A stretch of 12,715 nucleotides of DNA from Armatimonadota bacterium (GTDB lineage Bacteria > Armatimonadota > UBA5829 > DTLH01). The stretch is from the NCBI GenBank assembly GCA_039679675.1, contig JBDKUN010000040.1:1-12715 (forward strand), read 5' to 3'. Each line of letters begins with the position of its first letter. Positions within the stretch are counted from its first letter, which is position 1. Made by a program: the position numbers and the translations under genes. Below, one piece after another: positions 1-7,744 of this stretch. The notes under the pieces were generated by a model that saw nothing but the letters and a program-made list of their open reading frames with translations, was not told the DNA's origin and made no database searches.

Positions 1-86
1 AGGACTCTGGCGGAGTCACGGCCTGAGCTTATCATATTTTCAAGGTGCGAGCGTTGCTCCGCACTCAAATAAACGTGGTATTTCAT
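1..86 (-). CDS. IS630-family transposase, N-terminal part (runs off the left edge)
   Basis: Manual translation from ATG at 86-84 gives MKYHVYLSAEQRSHLENMISSGRDSARV..., open to the window edge. It resembles the MKKYxVxLxxEERxxLExxxxxGxxSAR start of IS630-family HTH ORFs. Too short for the ORF track. Confidence 0.7.
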   Translation of the reverse strand, partial: MKYHVYLSAEQRSHLENMISSGRDSARV

Positions 87-137
87 ACCTGTATATACGA
101 GTACAAAAGCGATAAGATTCAACTTTACTAAGCACTA
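1..137 (-). mobile_element. Left end of a putative IS630-family insertion sequence
   Basis: On the - strand the sequence reads CTAGTGCTTAGTAAAGTTGAA from 138, about 50 nt upstream of the transposase ATG. IS630 elements duplicate TA, often within CTAG (here 135-138). The partner inverted repeat is outside the window. Confidence 0.55.
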
Positions 138-138
138 G

Positions 139-369
139 GGGCTATCATATCGAGAGATAGCCCGTAAGACCGGACGAGATCGGCGGACCGTCAAGAAGTA
201 TGCCCAGAATCCAGAGCTTATCTGGCAAGGCCGGGCAAAGGTAGAAAGGGCAAGCATCCTCGACCCATACGTTGATGTGATAAAGTTCTGGCTTGAGGAT
301 GATGATCAGTATCAGGCGAGCTGGATTCTGGACCAGATCACCAAGCTGGGTGGGTTCCATTTCTCATGA
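139..369 (+). pseudogene. istA: IS21-family transposase IstA N-terminal remnant
   Basis: The frame from 139 reads GLSYREIARKTGRDRRTVKKYAQNPELIWQGRAKVERASILDPYVDVIKFWLEDDDQYQASWILDQITKLGGFHFS*. This has the IstA HTH (SxREIARxxGxxRxTVxKY) and the SxLDPY motif. No start codon (in-frame TAG at 136-138), stop TGA at 367-369, and no DDE domain or istB follows. Confidence 0.8.
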
Positions 370-498
370 GACTAGTAATACCCTGTAAAATGGTTTCTTT
401 CCGAACTCGATTTCAAAAGTGGGTTTAGGCTCATCGGTCTTCGGGGCTACCATTTTGAACTATGTTGCGTATACCGTAGGCGGTCTCTATTTCTCCAC

Positions 499-1581
499 TT
501 AATGACTGTGCCTATGGTGGTCGTCTGGCGTATGCTGATGTTGGTGGTATATTCTTTCGTGCTTGTGTAAATGAGAGTGTGGCTCGTTAGGTTGTCCTTC
601 AACCCCATCATGTAAGTGGTTGTGATGCCCATCTTGGTGAACATGCCGATGCTCATGGCAAATAGAATTGTGCTCATGCAAATGCTCATGTTTTTCGCTC
701 ATTAAGAAGAACGCGCCGATAACCATCAATGGCATTGATATAAGGAACCGAATATCGGGGATATTCCTGAATATTAAAAAAGACACAGCAGCGCCAATGA
801 ACGGCGCTGTGCCAAAATAGGCCCCAGTCCTTGCTGCACCAAGCCCACGTAAAGCAAATATAAACATCACAATACTCAATCCATAGCTTATGCTTCCAAA
901 CCCCATGGCAAGTAAGGCAGTATGGAGTGGGGGAAACGGGCTTCCCGTAGCCACAGCCAGTAGTGTAGACACAGAACCCGCAGCTATGCCTTTTATGATA
1001 ACTATGGTCAGGGGGTCTCTTGCAGAAATCTGACGTGTAGTGTTGTTATCGATCCCCCAAAGAAGACATGCAGCGCTAATACCCAAAACTCCAACTGATA
1101 TGCCCCAACCAGATGTTGTCTCTATCGAAAGCACGGCACTTGCTAAAGTAATCAATCCAATGGCAGTCCATACTCTGCGATCTATAGCTTCATTAAAGGC
1201 AATAGCAGCAATCAGCGCAGTGGCGACGCCTTCAAAGTTGAGTAACAAGGAGGCAGTTGCGGCAGGAGTACATTTCAAGCCAAACATCAGGACAATTGGA
1301 GCAGCAACACCGCCAGCAATGATTGCGCCTAGAAGCCATGGAATATCCTGCTTGGTTACAGGTGCTTCTTTGGTATTTGCCTTGCCGGTTGATTTCAGAA
1401 TAGTTCTGGCAAGAAGAAGTAGAATGCCGCTGCCAAGATACACAAGGCCAGCAAGGGGCACAGGTGCAATTTGGGCCAACAATAGCTTTGCAATTGGAGC
1501 GCTAATGCCAAATAGCCCAGCAGCAAGAACGGCGTATGTAATCGATTGGTTTATTCTGGTTAACAATGGAGTATTTCCCAT
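499..1581 (-). CDS. EamA/DMT-family transporter with His-rich C-terminal tail (possible metal exporter)
   Basis: 360 aa with about 10 hydrophobic segments in two EamA-like repeats (LFGISAPIAKLLL, ASLLLNFEGVATALIA, WGIDNNTTR, GAARTGAYFGTAPFIG). The last 63 aa contain 23 His. Confidence 0.9.
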   Translation of the reverse strand: MGNTPLLTRINQSITYAVLAAGLFGISAPIAKLLLAQIAPVPLAGLVYLGSGILLLLARTILKSTGKANTKEAPVTKQDIPWLLGAIIAGGVAAPIVLMFGLKCTPAATASLLLNFEGVATALIAAIAFNEAIDRRVWTAIGLITLASAVLSIETTSGWGISVGVLGISAACLLWGIDNNTTRQISARDPLTIVIIKGIAAGSVSTLLAVATGSPFPPLHTALLAMGFGSISYGLSIVMFIFALRGLGAARTGAYFGTAPFIGAAVSFLIFRNIPDIRFLISMPLMVIGAFFLMSEKHEHLHEHNSICHEHRHVHQDGHHNHLHDGVEGQPNEPHSHLHKHERIYHQHQHTPDDHHRHSH

Positions 1582-1596
1582 CTTTGATGATGGGAA

Positions 1597-1626
1597 ATTT
1601 TAGCATAAGATCAAGCAGTGTGTCAG
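1597..1626 (-). promoter_or_regulatory. Putative sigma70 promoter for the EamA gene
   Basis: - strand: CTGACA (1626-1621), 18 nt spacer, TAAAAT (1602-1597) preceded by TGn (extended -10). Confidence 0.45.
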
Positions 1627-1685
1627 CTACCAATGTTGTAATGCTACATTATTTATGATGCAATTTGACCGCGGCAACAAGACCA

Positions 1686-1708
1686 TGAATAATACGTCTT
1701 ATTATTCA
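1686..1708. promoter_or_regulatory. Inverted repeat, candidate operator or RBS-adjacent hairpin
   Basis: TGAATAATA-cgtct-TATTATTCA, perfect 9-bp arms, ending on the first base of the AGGAGG at 1708-1713. TTGACC lies at 1665-1670. Confidence 0.45.
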
Positions 1709-1720
1709 GGAGGTTGTATT

Positions 1721-2824
1721 TTGCAGGTTGTAGTTGTAAATGACCGCCCGAAGTCGCATTTGACAGTCGCGCACTGGGGCGGTTTGATTGCTTATCTGAT
1801 CACGATTTGTATAGTTATCGCCGCACAACAGCACAGGATCGCTCCAGCAGTAATGCCCCTCGCAGTATTCTTAAGTAACCTCGGCAATGAGATGTTCATC
1901 GCTCTGGGATTCCTGGTTCTGATTATCGTAGCGATAAAGATCCATTCAAAAGAAGATCTGAAGCTTGCGGTATGGACATTTGTGCTTGTGACTGTCGTGG
2001 TCCACGCGATGAAACAGATTTATGGCTACTGGCTTCATCGACCTTCGGGTGGTCATGGCGGTTTTCCAAGTGGTCATTCAGCCACTTCATTTGCTCTTGC
2101 ATTTCTTCTATCGGAAAGATTCCCCAAGTTATCATTTTTATGGTATTCGATTGCGGTCGGTATTTCAGCCTCCAGGGTTATGATAGGCGCGCATTATCCG
2201 TATCAGGTATTTGTAGGCGCTCTTGTAGGCTGCTGCCTGGCTATTTATTTAAACGAGCAAGTTCATCCGAATACTCGCTTGGAAGATGCTGCAAGAAGGT
2301 GGCACTGGCTCATTATGTCCGTGCCGCTTGTTACGGCAATTATGAGCTTTTCCTATGAATGCGAAAGTGGAGCTTTGCTTCTGCCGGGGACAGCCGTATT
2401 TTTCATTTTGGGTATGGTATTGAGAGTCTGGGCGAGGAGGCACACAGACCTTGCTAAAAGTGATGGCATGATGCTCTGTACAAGCGGGCCATACTCTATC
2501 CTCAGACACCCTGCATACTTGGGGAATATACTGATTTGCATCGGCGTAACCTTTTCTACAGAAGTCTTGTGGCTGATTCCGCTTACAATCCTGTTCGGCA
2601 TAGCTGTCTATGGCATGGCTGCCAGAAGCGAGGAACGTGATCTGATGAACCGCTGCGGTGATGATTACGAGGTCTATGCACAAAAAGTACGCAGATGGCT
2701 GCCAAGCAGAAAACTGTCAGTCACAAGAAAAATATCTCCAGCAGGGTGGGGTTATGCGCTGAAAAGAGAGCTTCCGCTGCTGCTTCTACTTGTTCCAGCC
2801 TGCATCAAAGAGCTGATAAGCTAA
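1721..2824 (+). CDS. Fusion of PAP2-family phosphatase and ICMT/PEMT (Ste14-like) membrane methyltransferase
   Basis: N-half has PAP2 motifs K..RP (KQIYGYWLHRP), FPSGH and SRVMIGAHYPYQV. C-half has GPYSILRHPAYLG and EERDLMNRCGDDYEVYAQKVRRWLP, typical of the ICMT/PEMT family. Start moved from 1655 to the in-frame TTG at 1721 because AGGAGG sits 7 nt upstream. Confidence 0.85.
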   Translation: MQVVVVNDRPKSHLTVAHWGGLIAYLITICIVIAAQQHRIAPAVMPLAVFLSNLGNEMFIALGFLVLIIVAIKIHSKEDLKLAVWTFVLVTVVVHAMKQIYGYWLHRPSGGHGGFPSGHSATSFALAFLLSERFPKLSFLWYSIAVGISASRVMIGAHYPYQVFVGALVGCCLAIYLNEQVHPNTRLEDAARRWHWLIMSVPLVTAIMSFSYECESGALLLPGTAVFFILGMVLRVWARRHTDLAKSDGMMLCTSGPYSILRHPAYLGNILICIGVTFSTEVLWLIPLTILFGIAVYGMAARSEERDLMNRCGDDYEVYAQKVRRWLPSRKLSVTRKISPAGWGYALKRELPLLLLLVPACIKELIS

Positions 2825-2877
2825 GAAGTATCTCTTTTTTCTGCACAGGCTAAGTATATTTCCTCGCCTTACCTGTT

Positions 2878-3402
2878 TTACTGCGTTGATTGCGGCCGGT
2901 CCGTATCCATATGCACCCATACGGTTGCTTTTTTGGCGTCGTCGAGAGATATCATTACTTTTGCAGGAGCTGATGCAACAGCAATGAAATATTTTGCCGA
3001 GTCTGGGTTCCACCATGCCGGAACCGGCATATCTTCTCGCCAGTTTCTAGTGGAGTTCGTGATTTGCAGTCTGTCCTTCCGTGAAATCGTGGCGTTGTTT
3101 GATTTTCCTAAAGAAGCGACGAGTGGATCAACATCCTTCTGGTCGATTTCCACCTCCGCGTATAACTCAAAATCGATCCCCCCGTGCCGAATTCCAAGAG
3201 AGTGCTGCAGCTTTGCATCTGAAGGAAAGTCCACAGACGACCATCTAGATACAGTCGCAAGGTCTACCGGCTCAGTCTTGGTACTGAAAGCTCTATTCAG
3301 TAGTAAGTCTCCAATTAGGAGCAGTAGGAAAATGATTACGGCTATGACAGCCGTAATCAAAAGAATTTGCTTAATTGAGGATTTACCATTCCACCAACTC
3401 AT
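2878..3402 (-). CDS. Hypothetical protein with N-terminal membrane anchor
   Basis: 174 aa with one long hydrophobic segment (ILLITAVIAVIIFLLLLIG). ATG lies 15 nt after the nadE stop with GGAG upstream, so it is probably co-transcribed with nadE. Confidence 0.75.
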   Translation of the reverse strand: MSWWNGKSSIKQILLITAVIAVIIFLLLLIGDLLLNRAFSTKTEPVDLATVSRWSSVDFPSDAKLQHSLGIRHGGIDFELYAEVEIDQKDVDPLVASLGKSNNATISRKDRLQITNSTRNWREDMPVPAWWNPDSAKYFIAVASAPAKVMISLDDAKKATVWVHMDTDRPQSTQ

Positions 3403-3417
3403 ACCTACTCTCCGATA

Positions 3418-5166
3418 TTACTCTTTGAAAGAATTAGTAATCGGCAACCTTCGGTCCTTGCCGAACGCTTTTGGTGTTATTTTGACTCCCGGAGCAGCCT
3501 GACGGCGTTTGTATTCGTTCCTGTCTACCATTGCGACCACTCTTCGTACCACTGCCTCAGAGAATCCCATTTCGATCATCTCGGATGGAGATGCATCCTG
3601 CTCTATGTAAAGGTGCAGGATCGGGTCCAGGAGGCTGTACGGCGGCAGAGAGTCCTCGTCACGCTGATCCAGCCTGAGTTCCGCTGACGGAGCCCTCTCA
3701 ATCGTAGATTCAGGTATTACAGGACTTATGGTGTTCCTGTAGTTCGAAAGTTCGTATACGAGCGTCTTCGGAACATCCTTCAAGACTGCGAAACCCCCGG
3801 CCATGTCCCCATAAAGTGTCGCATAGCCTGTAGCAAGTTCGCTCTTGTTGCCTGTGGTGAGCACCAGCCATTTGAACTTGTTGGAAAGTGCCATCAAATA
3901 GTTGCCGCGAATCCTTGCCTGAAGGTTCTCCTCGGTAGTATCTTCTGGAAGATCTGCAAACACAACTTTCAGCGCATTTTTATAGCTTTCGAAAACATCG
4001 GTTATCGGAATCGTGTGAAGCTCCATTCCGAGGTTCTTCGCAAGTATTTCCGCGTCGCTCCTGGTTCCCGTTGATGTATATACTGAAGGCATCGAGACGC
4101 CGGTGACAGCATCGGACCCGAGTGCATCAACTGCAATAGCTGCTGTCAGCGCGGAATCTATCCCGCCGCTCAATCCGATTGCTACATGTCCGAACTTGTT
4201 CTTCCGCACGTAATCACGCGTGCCAAGAACGAGCGCATGATACACCTCAGGAACGCGGTCGAGCGGCTGGACTTCTCGCTCAGGAAGAGACGGTTTGAGT
4301 GTATCCTCATTCGGGACTAGATCAACGCGCGTTATCGGGAAATCGGACTCATCTGTAGTGGATGCTTCCTGCCGCCATCTCGGATCGGCGAGCCGCGTGT
4401 GCCAGGCTACACCAACATCCAGGTCTGCGAATATCAAATCTTCCTCGAATGCCTTTCCGCGTGCGACCAACCTGCCTTTAGGATCGAATATGACCGAGTG
4501 GCCGTCAAAAACAAGCTCGTCCTGCCCTCCGACCATATTTACATAGACCACATAAGCCGAATTGTCCGCTGCACGAGTGGAGAGCATACCCTCGCGCCAT
4601 TTCCATTTAAGCGAATAGAACGGCGATGAATTGGAGTTTATGAGTATTTGTGCCCCTGCAAGAGCCTGAGCCCTGTGCGGGCCGTCAGGATACCATATAT
4701 CCTCGCATACGCTTACGCCGAAAATGGGGCCGCCCAGCCTGTATATGGATGTATCGGTACCCTTCCGGAAGTAACGGAACTCGTCGAAAACTCCGTAGTT
4801 CGGCAGGAATGCTTTTCTATGCACTCCGGCAAGTTTTTTGTCGTTAATAATGGCAGCGGCGTTATATATATCGTCGTTGATATCGACAAAACCGCAGATG
4901 ACTGTTATCCCATCGGATGCTGCGATGATATTTTTAAGCGCGCTGAGGTTATCCTCAAGAAATGACGGCTTAAGAAGAAGGTCTTCAGGCGGGTAACCGG
5001 TGACGGCAAGTTCTGGGAAGACGACTATATCAGCACCTTTTCCCCGTGCCTGGCCAATATAATCTATTATCTTACTGGTATTCCCATCGATGTCGCCCAC
5101 ACAGGCATTAATCTGAGCAAGTGCAACTCTCAGGCTGCCATGCATAGCTCCGGTTTGTTTATCCAA
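3418..5166 (-). CDS. nadE: Glutamine-dependent NAD+ synthetase
   Basis: Nitrilase-type glutaminase domain (FPEL..TGYPPEDL, K.FLPNYGVFDE.RYF, VCEDIW) plus synthetase domain (GLSGGIDS, ENLQARIRG, TGNKSE, TLYGD, PSAEL, NEYKRRQ). TTG start with GAGGAGG 7 nt upstream. Confidence 0.98.
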   Translation of the reverse strand: MDKQTGAMHGSLRVALAQINACVGDIDGNTSKIIDYIGQARGKGADIVVFPELAVTGYPPEDLLLKPSFLEDNLSALKNIIAASDGITVICGFVDINDDIYNAAAIINDKKLAGVHRKAFLPNYGVFDEFRYFRKGTDTSIYRLGGPIFGVSVCEDIWYPDGPHRAQALAGAQILINSNSSPFYSLKWKWREGMLSTRAADNSAYVVYVNMVGGQDELVFDGHSVIFDPKGRLVARGKAFEEDLIFADLDVGVAWHTRLADPRWRQEASTTDESDFPITRVDLVPNEDTLKPSLPEREVQPLDRVPEVYHALVLGTRDYVRKNKFGHVAIGLSGGIDSALTAAIAVDALGSDAVTGVSMPSVYTSTGTRSDAEILAKNLGMELHTIPITDVFESYKNALKVVFADLPEDTTEENLQARIRGNYLMALSNKFKWLVLTTGNKSELATGYATLYGDMAGGFAVLKDVPKTLVYELSNYRNTISPVIPESTIERAPSAELRLDQRDEDSLPPYSLLDPILHLYIEQDASPSEMIEMGFSEAVVRRVVAMVDRNEYKRRQAAPGVKITPKAFGKDRRLPITNSFKE

Positions 5167-5193
5167 TTGAAGTCCTCCTCATATAACAAGACG

Positions 5194-5223
5194 AGTTTAC
5201 ACTGAAAAGCACCCAATTTGCAA
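5194..5223 (-). promoter_or_regulatory. Putative sigma70 promoter of nadE
   Basis: - strand: TTGCAA (5223-5218), 18 nt spacer, TAAACT (5199-5194), just upstream of the RBS. Confidence 0.45.
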
Positions 5224-5270
5224 ACGGGTATAACAATATTGGATATACGAAGATAGTGGGAGGGGCAGCA

Positions 5271-5558
5271 ATGACTGTTATTGATTTGTTGATCCTGATT
5301 ATAATAGCGTTAGTTGCGGGTGCTATCGGCCAGGCAATAGCCGGATATTCAGCAGGCGGGTTTATTGGAGCAATTGCTATCGGTTTCATTGGGGCGCTTC
5401 TCGGTATGTGGATTGCAAGAGCGTTGAAATTGCCTGAGTTGTTTGCAATACACGTGGGAGGCCAGACTTTTCCTTTGATATGGGCGATTATCGGAGCGGC
5501 AATATTTGTTGCGCTGATAAGGCTGATAACAGCGCCTGCGCGAAGGTATTATGCGTAA
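5271..5558 (+). CDS. GlsB/YeaQ/YmgE-family (transglycosylase-associated) stress membrane protein
   Basis: 95 aa with three Gly-rich TM segments (IIIALVAGAIG, IAIGFIGALLG, WAIIGAAIFV). ATG at 5271 preceded by GGAGGGG. Confidence 0.88.
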   Translation: MTVIDLLILIIIALVAGAIGQAIAGYSAGGFIGAIAIGFIGALLGMWIARALKLPELFAIHVGGQTFPLIWAIIGAAIFVALIRLITAPARRYYA

Positions 5559-5559
5559 T

Positions 5560-5589
5560 GTATGGACGGGAAACAAAACCCGTCCATAC
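5560..5589. terminator. Hairpin between convergent genes, probable bidirectional terminator
   Basis: GTATGGACGGG-aaacaaaa-CCCGTCCATAC, perfect 11-bp stem filling the 35-nt gap between two stop codons. No U-tract on either side. Confidence 0.65.
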
Positions 5590-5593
5590 CAGA

Positions 5594-7489
5594 CTACTTG
5601 AACCTGATAATTCCGAATCTCTCAGGCCTGTGGAAGCTGCCGTACGGCACTGACCAGATCAAATACTGCGGTTCCCCGGTTACCCATCTGTTTCGCCCGA
5701 AGTTGGCGTTCCACACATCACCCGGTTTTGCGGGCTCAACGCCGAGGGTCTTGAACGGGATAGCGATTTCAGCAGTCCATCCTGTCGCACTCTTTGCGGT
5801 TTTGACCTGCCAGTCGAGGTTGACAGATGAGTTGTTGACCTTGGCATCGAACTCGGCATCCAGCGTGTTTGCAGCAAGCTGATAATAATCCCTTCTCTTG
5901 TTCCACGGGTCGATGAACATCTCCAGTGAATCATCATAGAACGCTGGGCCGTCTCTTTTGGTAACAGTTGCTTTGATGTTCTTCACCATTGGTTCAGCGG
6001 CGCAGTAGGCAATATACAGGTTGGTATCGTCATATGCGAGACTGACTATGGTCAAAACAGGAGCCGGCTTACCCATATCAGTATGCGCTATCTCGATCTT
6101 TGCTGCTGCTGCCCAAATGGAATCGTTCAGTTTACCATCAATGACAAGAGGTGTATTCACGCGCTTTACATCTAATGCAGGGATAGGCAGTACCGTTTCT
6201 GGTATAACGATAGGCGGTCTTGTTGGCTTAACATAGCCTGTATTTTCGGACTGATAAGCCAGATACCTGAGAAGCCTCGCCGCATTACTTAAATATAATG
6301 ATGCCTCTGCAGGTTTGGTTTCATATAATGCAGTTGCCGCGTCGAGAAGAGTCTTCACACGCCCAGGAGTGTCTCTGAAGGGTAGTTCTGCCTTATTTGA
6401 GAATGGACCTGCTGCAAGAGCTGTACGTATATCATCTTTCATATAAGCGGAGGCGAACAATGCTACCCCGTCAGTGTCCATATCACGCGCGATACCGATC
6501 TGTTCCAGGGTGGGAGCAGTGTTCTTTTGCGTATGAAGCCCGATTCCCGGCAGCAGAATCGTGCGGTCATCGACTGCAGCTTTTTCAGCGGTAATCATAT
6601 TGCGGTAAGTGTCCGAATTACTCGTGTAAGCCATCGGAGACACAAAATCAACCCATTTGTTATCGACCCAGTGAGGCCAATCCTGCAGCATGCTCTCTCT
6701 CGCGTTATCAGGCATGGAACCGACAGCCGCAGAGATTTTTATACCAGGTTTCAGCGCGCGGGATTCATTCGCCACCCGCTGTACGAACGTGTTAATCAGA
6801 TCTTCGCGCCAGAGATGCCAGGTAACCTGCGTTTCTGAAAGCGGATCGATGTCGATTGGGTCGACTCCGTATTGAGCCTTGAATTTACACCTGCAGCTAT
6901 CGTTATAGCAGTAAGGGGAGGGGAACTGGTTCTCGAACCTTATGTAATCCAGATGGATACCATCTACATCATAGCTGCTTACTACCTCTTTTATGAGTCC
7001 GGCAATGTAATCACGCGCCTCAGGGATGGACGGACATATCCAATAACCTCCAAGCGCCGATAATGCTTCTCCCCATTTATTGACAGCAATCCAGTCCGGA
7101 TGAGCCCTAAGTATCGGTCCTTTGTCTTCTGAATATCCCTGCCTGAAGCAGGTAATCCAGGGATGCACCTCTATACCGCGCGCATGGGCTTCGCGGACTA
7201 AGGCTGCAAGAGGATCATAGCCTTTCCATCTTTCATTCTGTTCGTCCAACTTGCTAGGGTAGATAGTATAACCACGCCGAATCACTTCAGGAAAAATAAC
7301 GTTTATGTTGGCTTCAGCGATGGATTTAACGAAATTCGCCATGTCCGAATCATTGACAGGAATAGACATCGCATCTACCCACAATCCTCTCCCCTCAACA
7401 GGTTTTACAGGAGCATTTGTCGAGTTAGCCACAGCGGGTACAACTAATGCCACTAGAAGAAAAAGGATGGTTATGTATCGAGAAACCAC
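5594..7489 (-). CDS. Secreted GHL10 (DUF187) glycoside hydrolase-like protein with C-terminal CBM9-like sugar-binding domain
   Basis: Signal peptide (..LLVALVVPAVA). GHL10 motifs RGLWV, DPLAALVREAHARGIEVHPW, YDVDGIHLDYIRF, QDWPHW, PMAY. CBM9-like motifs IDGKLNDSIW, YDDTNLYIA, DDSLEMFIDP, WTAEIAIPF. GTG start with AAGGAG RBS. Confidence 0.9.
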   Translation of the reverse strand: MVSRYITILFLLVALVVPAVANSTNAPVKPVEGRGLWVDAMSIPVNDSDMANFVKSIAEANINVIFPEVIRRGYTIYPSKLDEQNERWKGYDPLAALVREAHARGIEVHPWITCFRQGYSEDKGPILRAHPDWIAVNKWGEALSALGGYWICPSIPEARDYIAGLIKEVVSSYDVDGIHLDYIRFENQFPSPYCYNDSCRCKFKAQYGVDPIDIDPLSETQVTWHLWREDLINTFVQRVANESRALKPGIKISAAVGSMPDNARESMLQDWPHWVDNKWVDFVSPMAYTSNSDTYRNMITAEKAAVDDRTILLPGIGLHTQKNTAPTLEQIGIARDMDTDGVALFASAYMKDDIRTALAAGPFSNKAELPFRDTPGRVKTLLDAATALYETKPAEASLYLSNAARLLRYLAYQSENTGYVKPTRPPIVIPETVLPIPALDVKRVNTPLVIDGKLNDSIWAAAAKIEIAHTDMGKPAPVLTIVSLAYDDTNLYIAYCAAEPMVKNIKATVTKRDGPAFYDDSLEMFIDPWNKRRDYYQLAANTLDAEFDAKVNNSSVNLDWQVKTAKSATGWTAEIAIPFKTLGVEPAKPGDVWNANFGRNRWVTGEPQYLIWSVPYGSFHRPERFGIIRFK

Positions 7490-7744
7490 TATAATTACTC
7501 CTTATGCAAGCTCAAAACTATTACCGTATACGGCTGATTTCGTTCAATTTGTGCCTTCGGCCAAGCTCTATCATAAAACAGACTATGCAGGTTAAGCAAG
7601 AAGCAGAATGAGGCGTGTACTGCATAAATTCTTTATTATGTCATTGCGAACAGTGTATATTCCTGAAATACCATAGGAAGGAATAATCACATTGTCTCAA
7701 GAACTAACTTTTACGAGTTGTATAACACTAACAAGGAGAGTTAT

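Noticed and set aside
145..360. 71-aa minus-strand ORF from the track
   Set aside because: It is the antisense shadow of the istA remnant, which has recognisable motifs on the + strand.
365..454. Small minus-strand ORF MVAPKTDEPKPTFEIEFGKKPFYRVLLVS
   Set aside because: Only 29 aa, no SD, no recognisable motif, and it overlaps IS debris.
447..689. 80-aa Met/Thr/Ile-rich ORF
   Set aside because: Alternative-frame reading of the His-codon repeats in the EamA tail.
1040..1603. 187-aa plus-strand ORF
   Set aside because: Antisense to the well-supported EamA gene, with no motifs or RBS.
1655..1720. ORF-track N-terminal extension of the PAP2 fusion
   Set aside because: It spans the promoter-like region, the dyad and the AGGAGG; TTG 1721 fits better.
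2933..3502. 189-aa plus-strand ORF
   Set aside because: Antisense to the membrane protein and the nadE 3' end; no recognisable features.
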